DNA of 12,160 nt. Source: an uncultured Erysipelotrichaceae bacterium (GTDB taxonomy: Bacteria; Bacillota_I; Bacilli_A; Erysipelotrichales; Erysipelotrichaceae). Position 1 is the stretch's first letter. Every line of letters begins with the position of its first letter. A program made the translations under genes and the position numbers. The stretch spans positions 1 to 12,160 of the forward strand of contig CAYWGS010000042.1 in NCBI GenBank assembly GCA_964457525.1, given 5' to 3'. The notes below the pieces were generated by a model. It was given only the letters and a program-made list of their open reading frames with translations. It was not told where the DNA came from and did no database searches. Below are positions 1 through 6,943 of the stretch, piece by piece.

Positions 1-120
1 CGTTTTCGCCATTAAAAAATGACTTAAGTCTAAGAAATAAGCCATTTTCAAATTAGCGGAAATTACTTTAAGAATTCAGGAATCAAAAAGTGCATTAAAC
101 ATAATTCAAAGTCACAGCTA

Positions 121-129
121 TGTTATAAT
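121..129 (+). promoter_or_regulatory. Candidate extended -10 promoter (TGtTATAAT) for the suf operon
   Basis: TG at 121-122 and a perfect TATAAT at 124-129, about 35 nt upstream of the sufC ATG. No good -35 hexamer was found. AGGAG at 153-157 serves the ATG at 165. Confidence 0.4.
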
Positions 130-164
130 AATCACGGTTATAAAACCATGTTAGGAGTAAAGAA

Positions 165-1004
165 ATGAATACACTCGAAATTAAAAATCTACACGTCTCG
201 ATTGATAATAAACCAATCCTCAAAGGCGTTGATCTAGTGGTGAATGAAAAAGAAGTTCATGCCTTAATGGGTCCGAATGGAAATGGTAAGTCTACCTTAT
301 TAGCTGCCATTATGGGTCATCCAAAGTATGAAATCACGGAAGGAACGGTTACCCTTAATGGTGAGAACGTTCTTGAAATGGAAGTCAATGAAAGAGCGAA
401 AGCAGGTTTATTTTTGGGTATGCAATACCCACAAGAAATCAATGGAGTAACCATCTCTGATTTCATGAAAGCTGCACTTAATACACGCAGTGAAAAACCA
501 ATTCCTCTATTTACATTTATTCGTAGTTTAGACTCTGCGATTAAGAAATTAGAAATGAAGTCTGAAATGGCACATCGTTATGTCAATGAAGGTTTCTCTG
601 GTGGTGAAAAGAAGCGCAATGAAATCATGCAAATGATGTTATTGAAGCCAAAGTTCGCAATGTTGGATGAAATCGATAGTGGTCTTGACGTTGATGCGAT
701 TAAGGTTGTTGCGAAGGTATTAAATGAACAAATTGAATCCAGTAATATGGGTAGTTTAATTGTGTCTCACTATGACCGTTTCTATCAAATGGTTCAACCA
801 ACTCATGCACACGTTTTAATCGATGGAAAAATCGTGATTTCTGGTGGTCGTGATCTTGCGACTAAGATTGATGAACAAGGATACGATTGGCTTCAAAAGG
901 AATTAGGCATTGAAATCAAAGAAGAAAAAACTGAAATTGTACGAAATGCCGTGGGAAGTTTAGGCACTTGTGCAGTGAAGGAGTTAAGCGATGTCACTCA
1001 ATAG
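165..1004 (+). CDS. sufC: Fe-S cluster assembly ATPase SufC
   Basis: ABC ATPase motifs: Walker A GPNGNGKST, signature FSGGEKKRNEI, Walker B AMLDEIDSGLD, H-loop VSHY. It is the first gene of a sufCDSUB order typical of Bacillota, with AGGAG 7 nt upstream of the ATG. At 279 aa it has a C-terminal tail beyond the usual ...GYDW... end. Confidence 0.93.
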   Translation: MNTLEIKNLHVSIDNKPILKGVDLVVNEKEVHALMGPNGNGKSTLLAAIMGHPKYEITEGTVTLNGENVLEMEVNERAKAGLFLGMQYPQEINGVTISDFMKAALNTRSEKPIPLFTFIRSLDSAIKKLEMKSEMAHRYVNEGFSGGEKKRNEIMQMMLLKPKFAMLDEIDSGLDVDAIKVVAKVLNEQIESSNMGSLIVSHYDRFYQMVQPTHAHVLIDGKIVISGGRDLATKIDEQGYDWLQKELGIEIKEEKTEIVRNAVGSLGTCAVKELSDVTQ

Positions 1005-1788
1005 TTATTTGGTTGACACTGGATTTCATGAGTTAACATTGGATTTAAACACATCTTCTGAATTTAAACTTCAATCAAAAAAGAATGTTTCTGCCGATGT
1101 TTTAGTTCATCTCATTGGAAAAGGGAATGCGACATTAGAAATAACACTTGAAAAAGACAGTAAGTTGAATCTCTTTTATCTCAATACTGCAGATGAAGCA
1201 CATTTGAATGAAAGTTATATTTTAAATAGGGATAGTCAATTAGACTTAGCCTATGGTGACTTTAACGATGGGACCTGTGATCGTAATACCGATGTTTACT
1301 TGGTAGAAAATGGATCCAGTGTATATCTTAAGTCCGCAAGTTTAGTTAAAACTGAACGAAAACTTGTGTATCGTTTTAATCACCAAGCTCAATATACCTA
1401 TGGGGATATGCAAAACTTTGTGGTAACCTTAGATAAAGGGAAACTAAGTTTACATGCGATTGGTAAGATTGAAAAGAATGCGGCAAACAGTGAAACACAT
1501 CAAACATCTCGTGTTTTAAACTTCAACGCAACTGAAAGAGCTTCTGTTTTCCCACAACTCTATATCGATAACAATGAAGTTAAGGCTTCACATGCGGAAA
1601 GTAGTGGACAAGTTGATCCTGATCAACTTTATTACTTACAATCCCGTGGTTTATCGCCAGAAGAGTCTATTAGTTTGATTGTTAAGGGGTATTTATCCTC
1701 TATACTAGAAAATATCAAGAATGATGACATTAAAGAACGTTTAATGGAATCAATTGAACGAAAGGTTGATGAGGTATGTTCGAGGTAA
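991..1788 (+). CDS. sufD: Fe-S cluster assembly protein SufD (short form, 265 aa)
   Basis: The C-terminal segment DPDQLYYLQSRGLSPEESISLIVKGY parallels [25 protein letters not shown] of the SufB ORF in this window, indicating the SufB/SufD family. It sits between sufC and sufS. GAAGGAG at 977-983 lies 7 nt upstream of the ATG, and the ORF overlaps sufC by 14 nt. Confidence 0.8.
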   Translation: MSLNSYLVDTGFHELTLDLNTSSEFKLQSKKNVSADVLVHLIGKGNATLEITLEKDSKLNLFYLNTADEAHLNESYILNRDSQLDLAYGDFNDGTCDRNTDVYLVENGSSVYLKSASLVKTERKLVYRFNHQAQYTYGDMQNFVVTLDKGKLSLHAIGKIEKNAANSETHQTSRVLNFNATERASVFPQLYIDNNEVKASHAESSGQVDPDQLYYLQSRGLSPEESISLIVKGYLSSILENIKNDDIKERLMESIERKVDEVCSR

Positions 1789-3008
1789 GTAAAGTTCGTC
1801 AAGATTTTCCATTATTGAAAAAAGCGGGTGAATCCAATAAACCGCTTATTTATCTTGACAACGCTGCTACTACCTTAAAACCTCAATCTGTGATCGATGC
1901 GGTCACAATCTATTACACTGATTATTCGGTAAATATTCACCGTGGTGATTATGACTTATCGTATCAAGTGTCCGATTATTATGAAAAAACACGTAAAGCG
2001 GTTGCCTCATTCATCCAAGCAGACGTGAATGAAGTCGTCTTTACAGCTGGTGCGAGCGCATCACTAAATCTTTTGGCTTATGGCTATGGAGAGAAATACA
2101 TACATGAAGGAGATGTGATTCTATCAACCGAATCTGAACACGCTTCAAGTATTCTTCCTTGGTTTAGAGTCGCAAGTCAAAAGAATGCATTAATCGAATA
2201 TGTTCCACTTACTGAGGATGGAATGATTACCATCGAAAACTTTAGAAATGCGATGCATGATAAAGTGAAGGTTGTCGTTCTTGCACATATATCCAATGTA
2301 TTGGGCTATGTTGTTCCAATTAAAGAATTAACTGAAATTGCACATTCATTTGGTGCGATTGTTATTGTGGATGGAGCACAATCTGTTCCACATTTACAAA
2401 CTCGTGTAAAAGATTGGGATATTGATTTCTTAGCTTTCTCTGCTCATAAGATGTATGGCCCTACGGGTGTTGGTGTCTTATATGGTAAATATAAGTTGCT
2501 TGATTCAATTGAACCCTATTACTTAGGTGGAGGTAGTAATGCTCGATTTGATCGTTGTGGAAATATTACCTTAAAGAATCCACCATATAAGTTTGAAGCA
2601 GGGACACCTGCTATTGAAGCTGTTCTAGGTTTAAAAGCTGCGATTGATTATATCGAATCCATTGGATTTCATGCGATTGAAGAAAGAGAATTGGAATTAA
2701 GAAAATACTTAGTGGATCAACTTAAAGAAATGAAACACATTAAGTTGTATAATCCAAATGCAACATCTGGAATCGTCACATTGAATGCGATAGGGATTCC
2801 ATCTCAAGATGCGGCAATCTATTTGAATTCAAAAGGTATTATGGTTCGTGCTGGAAACCATTGTGCAAAAATATTGCTCGATGTATTAAAGACACCGGAT
2901 ACCATTCGTATTAGTTTAAGTTTCTATAACACTAAAGAGGAGTGCGATGCAGTCATTGAAGCACTTCGTGAGATCACACTTGAAAAGTGTATCGATTTAA
3001 TTTTCTAG
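1776..3008 (+). CDS. sufS: Cysteine desulfurase SufS (class V aminotransferase fold, group II)
   Basis: PLP-lysine motif FSAHKMYGPTG and catalytic Cys motif RAGNHCA. The N-terminus (VRQDFPLL...IYLDNAATT) is typical of SufS. It overlaps sufD by 13 nt. Confidence 0.93.
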   Translation: MFEVSKVRQDFPLLKKAGESNKPLIYLDNAATTLKPQSVIDAVTIYYTDYSVNIHRGDYDLSYQVSDYYEKTRKAVASFIQADVNEVVFTAGASASLNLLAYGYGEKYIHEGDVILSTESEHASSILPWFRVASQKNALIEYVPLTEDGMITIENFRNAMHDKVKVVVLAHISNVLGYVVPIKELTEIAHSFGAIVIVDGAQSVPHLQTRVKDWDIDFLAFSAHKMYGPTGVGVLYGKYKLLDSIEPYYLGGGSNARFDRCGNITLKNPPYKFEAGTPAIEAVLGLKAAIDYIESIGFHAIEERELELRKYLVDQLKEMKHIKLYNPNATSGIVTLNAIGIPSQDAAIYLNSKGIMVRAGNHCAKILLDVLKTPDTIRISLSFYNTKEECDAVIEALREITLEKCIDLIF

Positions 3009-3017
3009 GAGGTTATT

Positions 3018-3461
3018 ATGTCAGATTTAATGAAAGATCCACTTATTCTTAGACAGATTATTATGGATCATTATGAGTATCCTAGAAATCATCATTTAAC
3101 TGAAGATGAGCATTATCATAAAGTGCACATGGCTTCAGAATCTTGCATTGATGATATTACAGTTATGGCAAAAATTGAAGATAACATCGTTAAAGATGTG
3201 TGTTTTGATGGTGTCGCATGTACGATTTCGACCGCATCTACTTCAATCATGACTGAATTAATCATAGGCAAAACAGTGGAAGAAGCTGAAGCGATTGTGA
3301 AAGAATACTATAACATGATTGAGTTGTTGCCATATGATGAAGAAGTCTTACAAGAGGCTATCGCATTTCATCAAGTGGGTAAACAGGCCAATCGTATTAA
3401 GTGCGCTACCATCGGCTTTAAAGCGATTGAAGAGTGCATAAAGGAGCACAAACATGAGTGA
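3018..3461 (+). CDS. sufU: Zinc-dependent sulfur acceptor/transferase SufU (IscU-like)
   Basis: 147 aa with the SufU ligand pattern C43-x-D45 (SCIDD), C68 (VACTIS) and C129 (IKCATIG). AGGAGG lies just upstream (ctaggaggttattATG), and the gene is placed between sufS and sufB. Confidence 0.88.
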   Translation: MSDLMKDPLILRQIIMDHYEYPRNHHLTEDEHYHKVHMASESCIDDITVMAKIEDNIVKDVCFDGVACTISTASTSIMTELIIGKTVEEAEAIVKEYYNMIELLPYDEEVLQEAIAFHQVGKQANRIKCATIGFKAIEECIKEHKHE

Positions 3462-4863
3462 AAAACAAAACGAACAACTTCCTTCAACGGAATATCAATA
3501 TGGTTTCCATGATGAAGATGTAAGTCTATATAAAACAAAAAAGGGAATTACCCGAGAAATCGTAGAAGAAATTTCACGAATCAAAGGTGAACCTGAATGG
3601 TTACTTGAGTTTAGACTCAAATCATTCGAACAATTTATGCAGAAGAAAATGCCAAGTTGGGGGCCTGATTTGTCAGAATTGAATTTTGATGAATATACCT
3701 ATTACATTAAACCTTCTGAAAGAATGATGAATAATTGGGAAGATGTACCAGATTCAATTAAGGATACATTTGAACGATTAGGTATTCCAGAAGCAGAACG
3801 TAAGTATTTATCAGGGGTTGCGACTCAATACGAATCAGAAATGGTTTACCACAATATGTTGGAAGAAGTTGAGTCTAAGGGTGTTATCTTTACGGATCCT
3901 GATACTGCGTTTAAGAAGTATGAACATATCTTTAGACCTTTCTTTGGAACAATCGTTCCTTATTCGGATAATAAGTTCGCATCTCTAAACTCTGCTGTAT
4001 TCTCTGGAGGATCATTTATCTATGTTCCTAAGGGTGTTAAGTTAGATAAACCTCTACAATCCTATTTCAGAATCAATACCGAACAAATGGGTCAATTTGA
4101 ACGTACCTTGATTATTGTAGATGAAGGGGCAGATGTGCATTATGTCGAAGGATGTACTGCACCAACCTATAGTAAAGATAGTTTACATGCGGCTGTTGTA
4201 GAAATCTATGTCCATCCGAATGCTAAATGTCGATATACAACGATTCAAAACTGGTCTACCAATGTTCTTAACCTTGTTACGAAACGTGCTAAGGTTATGG
4301 ATCATGGCGCAATGGAATGGATCGATGGTAATATTGGAGCGCATGTCACGATGAAATATCCTGCATGTATCTTAGCAGGTGAATATGCTCGTGGTATGAC
4401 CATCTCAATTGCGGTATCATCTCACATTAATCAAATTCAAGATGCTGGAGCGAAGATGGTTCATCTTGCGCCTTATACATCCAGTAATATTATTTCTAAA
4501 TCAGTGGCACGTAACGGTGGTGAAGTGAACTACCGTGGACTTGTTCAACACAGTGCAAAAGCAGTACATGCTCGTTCAAAGATTGAGTGTGATACCTTGT
4601 TAATGGATGGAAAGAGTCGTTCTGACACCTTACCAACCAATATTTCATACAATCCACTATCAACCATTGAACATGAAGCAACTGTCTCTCGTGTCTCTGA
4701 AGATCAACTCTTCTATCTCATGAGTCGTGGATTGGACAAGAGCCAAGCACTTGAAACGATTGTTATGGGATTCTTAGAACCATTTACACGTGAATTACCA
4801 ATGGAATATGCAGTTGAATTAAACCAACTTATGAAGTTGGATATGGAAGGATCGGTCGGTTAA
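3454..4863 (+). CDS. sufB: Fe-S cluster assembly scaffold protein SufB
   Basis: 469 aa with typical SufB sequence ([37 protein letters not shown]). AAGGAG lies upstream, and the ORF overlaps sufU by 8 nt. Confidence 0.95.
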   Translation: MSEKQNEQLPSTEYQYGFHDEDVSLYKTKKGITREIVEEISRIKGEPEWLLEFRLKSFEQFMQKKMPSWGPDLSELNFDEYTYYIKPSERMMNNWEDVPDSIKDTFERLGIPEAERKYLSGVATQYESEMVYHNMLEEVESKGVIFTDPDTAFKKYEHIFRPFFGTIVPYSDNKFASLNSAVFSGGSFIYVPKGVKLDKPLQSYFRINTEQMGQFERTLIIVDEGADVHYVEGCTAPTYSKDSLHAAVVEIYVHPNAKCRYTTIQNWSTNVLNLVTKRAKVMDHGAMEWIDGNIGAHVTMKYPACILAGEYARGMTISIAVSSHINQIQDAGAKMVHLAPYTSSNIISKSVARNGGEVNYRGLVQHSAKAVHARSKIECDTLLMDGKSRSDTLPTNISYNPLSTIEHEATVSRVSEDQLFYLMSRGLDKSQALETIVMGFLEPFTRELPMEYAVELNQLMKLDMEGSVG

Positions 4864-5387
4864 TGCTTAAGTCTGACTTAAGAATTAAACATCTAAATAT
4901 CCGAAAAAATATGAGTGTTGAAGAACGTATTCGTTTTTCGACACTCATTTTTAATCGATTAAAAGAAGCTTCTATCAATTATCAAAGAATAGCAGTTTAC
5001 ATCAGTATGGAACATGAAGTAGATACACGCATGTATATTGATTGGTGTTTTAAGATGGGTAAATCCGTTTATGTCCCTAAGATAGTAAATAAGCAAATGA
5101 TCTTCATTCAAATCCATTCTCTAGATGAATGTACACTCAATAAAATGGGGATACTTGAACCTATAAGCAATATCTCTACACAAGATCAAATAGAGTTAAA
5201 TATTGTCCCGATGTTAGCGTATAACGCAAGAAATTATCGATTAGGCTATGGCAAAGGGTATTACGATCAATACTTAAGTGGATCAAGTGCAGATACGATT
5301 GGAATCTGTTTTAGTATAAATTTTGAACCTGAGTTAATTGAACAAAGTCATGATGAAAAATTGGAAAAAATTTTCACTGAGCTTTAA
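4863..5387 (+). CDS. 5-formyltetrahydrofolate cyclo-ligase family protein
   Basis: 174 aa with the C-terminal family motif VPMLAYNARNYRLGYGKGYYDQYL and ILEP upstream of it. Its ATG shares its A with the sufB TAA (TAATG at 4861-4865). Confidence 0.8.
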   Translation: MLKSDLRIKHLNIRKNMSVEERIRFSTLIFNRLKEASINYQRIAVYISMEHEVDTRMYIDWCFKMGKSVYVPKIVNKQMIFIQIHSLDECTLNKMGILEPISNISTQDQIELNIVPMLAYNARNYRLGYGKGYYDQYLSGSSADTIGICFSINFEPELIEQSHDEKLEKIFTEL

Positions 5388-5398
5388 GAATAATCAGT

Positions 5399-5404
5399 TA
5401 TAAT
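5399..5404 (+). promoter_or_regulatory. Possible internal -10 (TATAAT) ahead of the MFS gene
   Basis: A perfect TATAAT lies 28 nt upstream of the ATG at 5432, in the 44-nt gap after the cyclo-ligase gene. No convincing -35 was found, and no terminator separates the two genes. Confidence 0.25.
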
Positions 5405-5431
5405 GAAACTAGAAAAGATGGAGATTTTTAT

Positions 5432-6592
5432 ATGTTCAAGAAAAACGCATTAATGATCCAAATTATGATAGTTTTTTTTATGTTATTCGTTGGTTTATAC
5501 ATTCCTTTTACGCAACGTGTTCCATATTTAACCAGTATTGGGTATACCAATGCGGAAATGAATAATATCTTTGCGATTCAAGCAGCAGTTTCCTTTATTT
5601 ATCAATTATTGTTTGGTTTCTTGTGTGATAAGTATCGCACAATTAAAAAGTTCTTTATTATGTCACTCATCATTGGGACGATCGGTACATTTGCGATGTT
5701 TCAAATCACTGAGAACATTTTCTTCTTCCATATCTTAACAATGGCAGTTATGGGTAGTTTTTTGAATCTATCGGTTGGTCTACTTGATTCATGGGCACTT
5801 GAAATTGATCCAGTTATTCAACGTAATTATGGTTCAGTTCGTGCAATGGGAACAATTGGTTGGATCGTTGGTGGTTATTTCGTAACACTCGTACTTGAAC
5901 GTTTTGGATTTGGTTCGCTTGGGTTTACCTTTACAGCAGCGGCTGTTGTGGCCTTTATCTTAACATTACGTTTAGATGATGCGGTTAAAGAACATCGTTC
6001 AACACCGCTTCGTATTCAAGATATGAAGGAATTGTTATTTTCTAAGCGCTATATGGTTATCGTTTTAGTCTTATTGTTTGGGATGATGATGAACAATAGT
6101 GATGGTATCTTGGTTGTTATGAAGATGGAGGCCATTAATGCGACTCCATTTGAAAAGTACTTTAGATTTGCTTCTCAAGCCTTTGTAGAATTACCACTTT
6201 TATTCTTAGGTGCGAAGCTATTAGAACGTTTTAATCCTGTTAAATTAGTCGCATTTGCGCTTATTATGTTCGCAATTCGATTTATTGGATATTCACTTGC
6301 GCCGAATGCTACATGGATGATAATTGCCGCATTACTACAAGCAGTCACATTCCCAATTCTTATGGTTGCGAGTAAACAACTTATCTTTAGAGAATCACCA
6401 TCGCACTTAAGATCATCGGGTCAACTCTTCGCAATGTCGATTTATAACGGTATTGGAGCTTCTATTATTCCTCTTATCACAACGTTCTTAATTGAACGTG
6501 GCGGGATTGATTTTGCGCTTATGGCACTCGCTGCTATGATGGTTATTCCTCTAACTTTAATTGCTTATTTCCTAAAATTAGAAAAAGAGTAG
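5432..6592 (+). CDS. MFS-type transporter, substrate unknown
   Basis: 386 aa, hydrophobic throughout, with about 12 helix-length segments. A basic loop CDKYRTIKK after the second helix resembles the MFS D-(R/K)-x-x-R-(R/K) loop. A GGAG lies upstream of the ATG. Confidence 0.75.
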   Translation: MFKKNALMIQIMIVFFMLFVGLYIPFTQRVPYLTSIGYTNAEMNNIFAIQAAVSFIYQLLFGFLCDKYRTIKKFFIMSLIIGTIGTFAMFQITENIFFFHILTMAVMGSFLNLSVGLLDSWALEIDPVIQRNYGSVRAMGTIGWIVGGYFVTLVLERFGFGSLGFTFTAAAVVAFILTLRLDDAVKEHRSTPLRIQDMKELLFSKRYMVIVLVLLFGMMMNNSDGILVVMKMEAINATPFEKYFRFASQAFVELPLLFLGAKLLERFNPVKLVAFALIMFAIRFIGYSLAPNATWMIIAALLQAVTFPILMVASKQLIFRESPSHLRSSGQLFAMSIYNGIGASIIPLITTFLIERGGIDFALMALAAMMVIPLTLIAYFLKLEKE

Positions 6593-6611
6593 TTCACATA
6601 TTTTCACATAT
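6593..6611 (+). repeat. Tandem direct repeat TTCACATAT x2 (10-nt period)
   Basis: TTCACATAT occurs at 6593-6601 and 6603-6611, immediately after the MFS stop codon and 22-40 nt upstream of the candidate -35 at 6633. The same 9-mer recurs on the - strand at 8925-8917, upstream of the ytqA -10. Confidence 0.6.
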
Positions 6612-6632
6612 AAGTGCCACACTCTCTACACA

Positions 6633-6660
6633 TTAGAATTGTATATTTTAAATGTAAGAT
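6633..6660 (+). promoter_or_regulatory. Candidate promoter P1 (TTAGAA-16 nt-TAAGAT)
   Basis: -35-like TTAGAA at 6633-6638 and -10-like TAAGAT at 6655-6660, preceded by TG. The -10 context TGTAAGATA is identical to that of the stronger P2 at 6814-6822. Confidence 0.35.
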
Positions 6661-6674
6661 AAATCATATCTTAC
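6654..6674. repeat. 21-bp perfect-arm palindrome GTAAGATA-aatca-TATCTTAC overlapping the P1 -10
   Basis: The 8-nt arms at 6654-6661 and 6667-6674 are exact reverse complements. The left arm contains the TAAGAT -10 hexamer. Confidence 0.7.
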
Positions 6675-6779
6675 CTGTACGATCTCTTTCATAATAACCC
6701 CCTTTTAAAAATACGTACAGATTCCTTTCCCCTTTTAAGTAATAAGTGAAGAAAAAAGACGACGCCAAACGTCTTTTTT
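6667..6779 (+). ncRNA. Candidate C-rich small RNA 1 (RsaE/RoxS-like architecture), or structured 3' UTR of the MFS mRNA
   Basis: A 7-bp stem (CUGUACG 6675-6681 with CGUACAG 6714-6720) closes a 32-nt loop that exposes CCCCC (6698-6702). An exact 10-nt repeat CCCCTTTTAA occurs at 6699-6708 and 6729-6738, the second copy single-stranded. The unit ends at the intrinsic terminator 6752-6779. No ORF explains this segment. Confidence 0.45.
6752..6779. terminator. Intrinsic terminator T1 (A-tract/hairpin/T-tract, potentially bidirectional)
   Basis: AAAAAAGACG (6752-6761) pairs with CGTCTTTTTT (6770-6779) around the loop acgccaaa. This is the first terminator-like structure downstream of the MFS gene. 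Confidence 0.7.
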
Positions 6780-6792
6780 CTTATCATCTTTA

Positions 6793-6821
6793 TTGACAAA
6801 TATCATATAAATTTGTAAGAT
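6793..6821 (+). promoter_or_regulatory. Promoter P2: TTGACA-17 nt-TAAGAT
   Basis: A perfect -35 TTGACA at 6793-6798, an exact 17-nt spacer, and -10 TAAGAT at 6816-6821 preceded by TG. It sits directly after terminator T1, and the predicted start is near G6828. Confidence 0.65.
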
Positions 6822-6827
6822 ATAAGT

Positions 6828-6943
6828 GGGTTCAGAACCCGACTGTTTGATTCTCTGGTCCATTCACTTCCCCCACCCATAGAATGGCCAGTAATCCCCC
6901 GATTATGAATCAAGCAAAAGAAGACGTCCTCGGACGTCTTTTT
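6828..6943 (+). ncRNA. Candidate structured C-rich small RNA 2, doubling as the 5' leader of the Nudix gene
   Basis: 5' hairpin GGGTT-cag-AACCC (6828-6840). P2 helix of 9-10 bp (6844/5-6853 with 6907-6915/6). P3 helix of 10 bp with one bulge (6855-6865 with 6882-6891), capped by a 16-nt loop acuuCCCCCACCCaua. A 15-nt joining strand uAAUCCCCCGauuau (6892-6906) precedes terminator T2. The unit is bounded by its own promoter and terminator and contains no SD-preceded ORF. Confidence 0.5.
6916..6943 (+). terminator. Intrinsic terminator T2, ending 14 nt before the Nudix ATG
   Basis: AAGACGUC (6921-6928) pairs with GACGUCUU (6933-6940) around the loop CUCG, followed by a T-run through 6943. It shares the AAGACG...CGTCTTTTT core with T1. 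Confidence 0.7.

Noticed and set aside
124-151. PerR-box-like TTATAATAAT and an imperfect hairpin CACGGTT-ataa-AACCATG (134-151) in the suf 5' UTR
   Set aside because: The box similarity is mostly the -10 hexamer itself and breaks down in the second half. The hairpin is short with a mismatch and has no supporting context.
4496-4681. 61-aa - strand ORF from the ORF track
   Set aside because: It lies entirely antisense within the well-supported sufB CDS, has no SD, and has a low-complexity, unfamiliar sequence. Most likely a chance ORF.
6648-6692. 14-codon - strand mini-ORF (MKEIVQVRYDLSYI) preceded by AAGGGGG, the complement of the first C-run. This offers an alternative explanation of the C-rich motif as an SD on the other strand.
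   Set aside because: I found no - strand promoter between it and terminator T1, which would block incoming - strand transcription. The second C-run has no associated ATG. Downstream it would only run antisense into the MFS gene.
6781-6808. Fur- or PerR-box-like half-sites (TTATCA at 6781-6786; TGACAAATATCA at 6794-6805) around the P2 -35. Tempting given the neighbouring suf operon and FsrA-type iron-sparing sRNAs.
   Set aside because: The best alignment to the 7-1-7 Fur consensus TGATAATnATTATCA is only about 9 of 14. AT-rich promoters produce such partial matches by chance.
6828-6915. Match of the Nudix leader to the ykkC subtype 2c (NDP-sensing, Nudix-associated) or other known riboswitch classes. 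It contains GGGUUC and UGGUCC, reminiscent of the ykkC core.
   Set aside because: The remaining conserved ykkC elements as I recall them (GGUCCGAGAG, ACGG, AAAGCCCGGGAG) are absent, and the helices do not correspond. I also saw no resemblance to the THF, ZTP, fluoride, PRPP or NAD+ classes. Only a cmscan can settle this.
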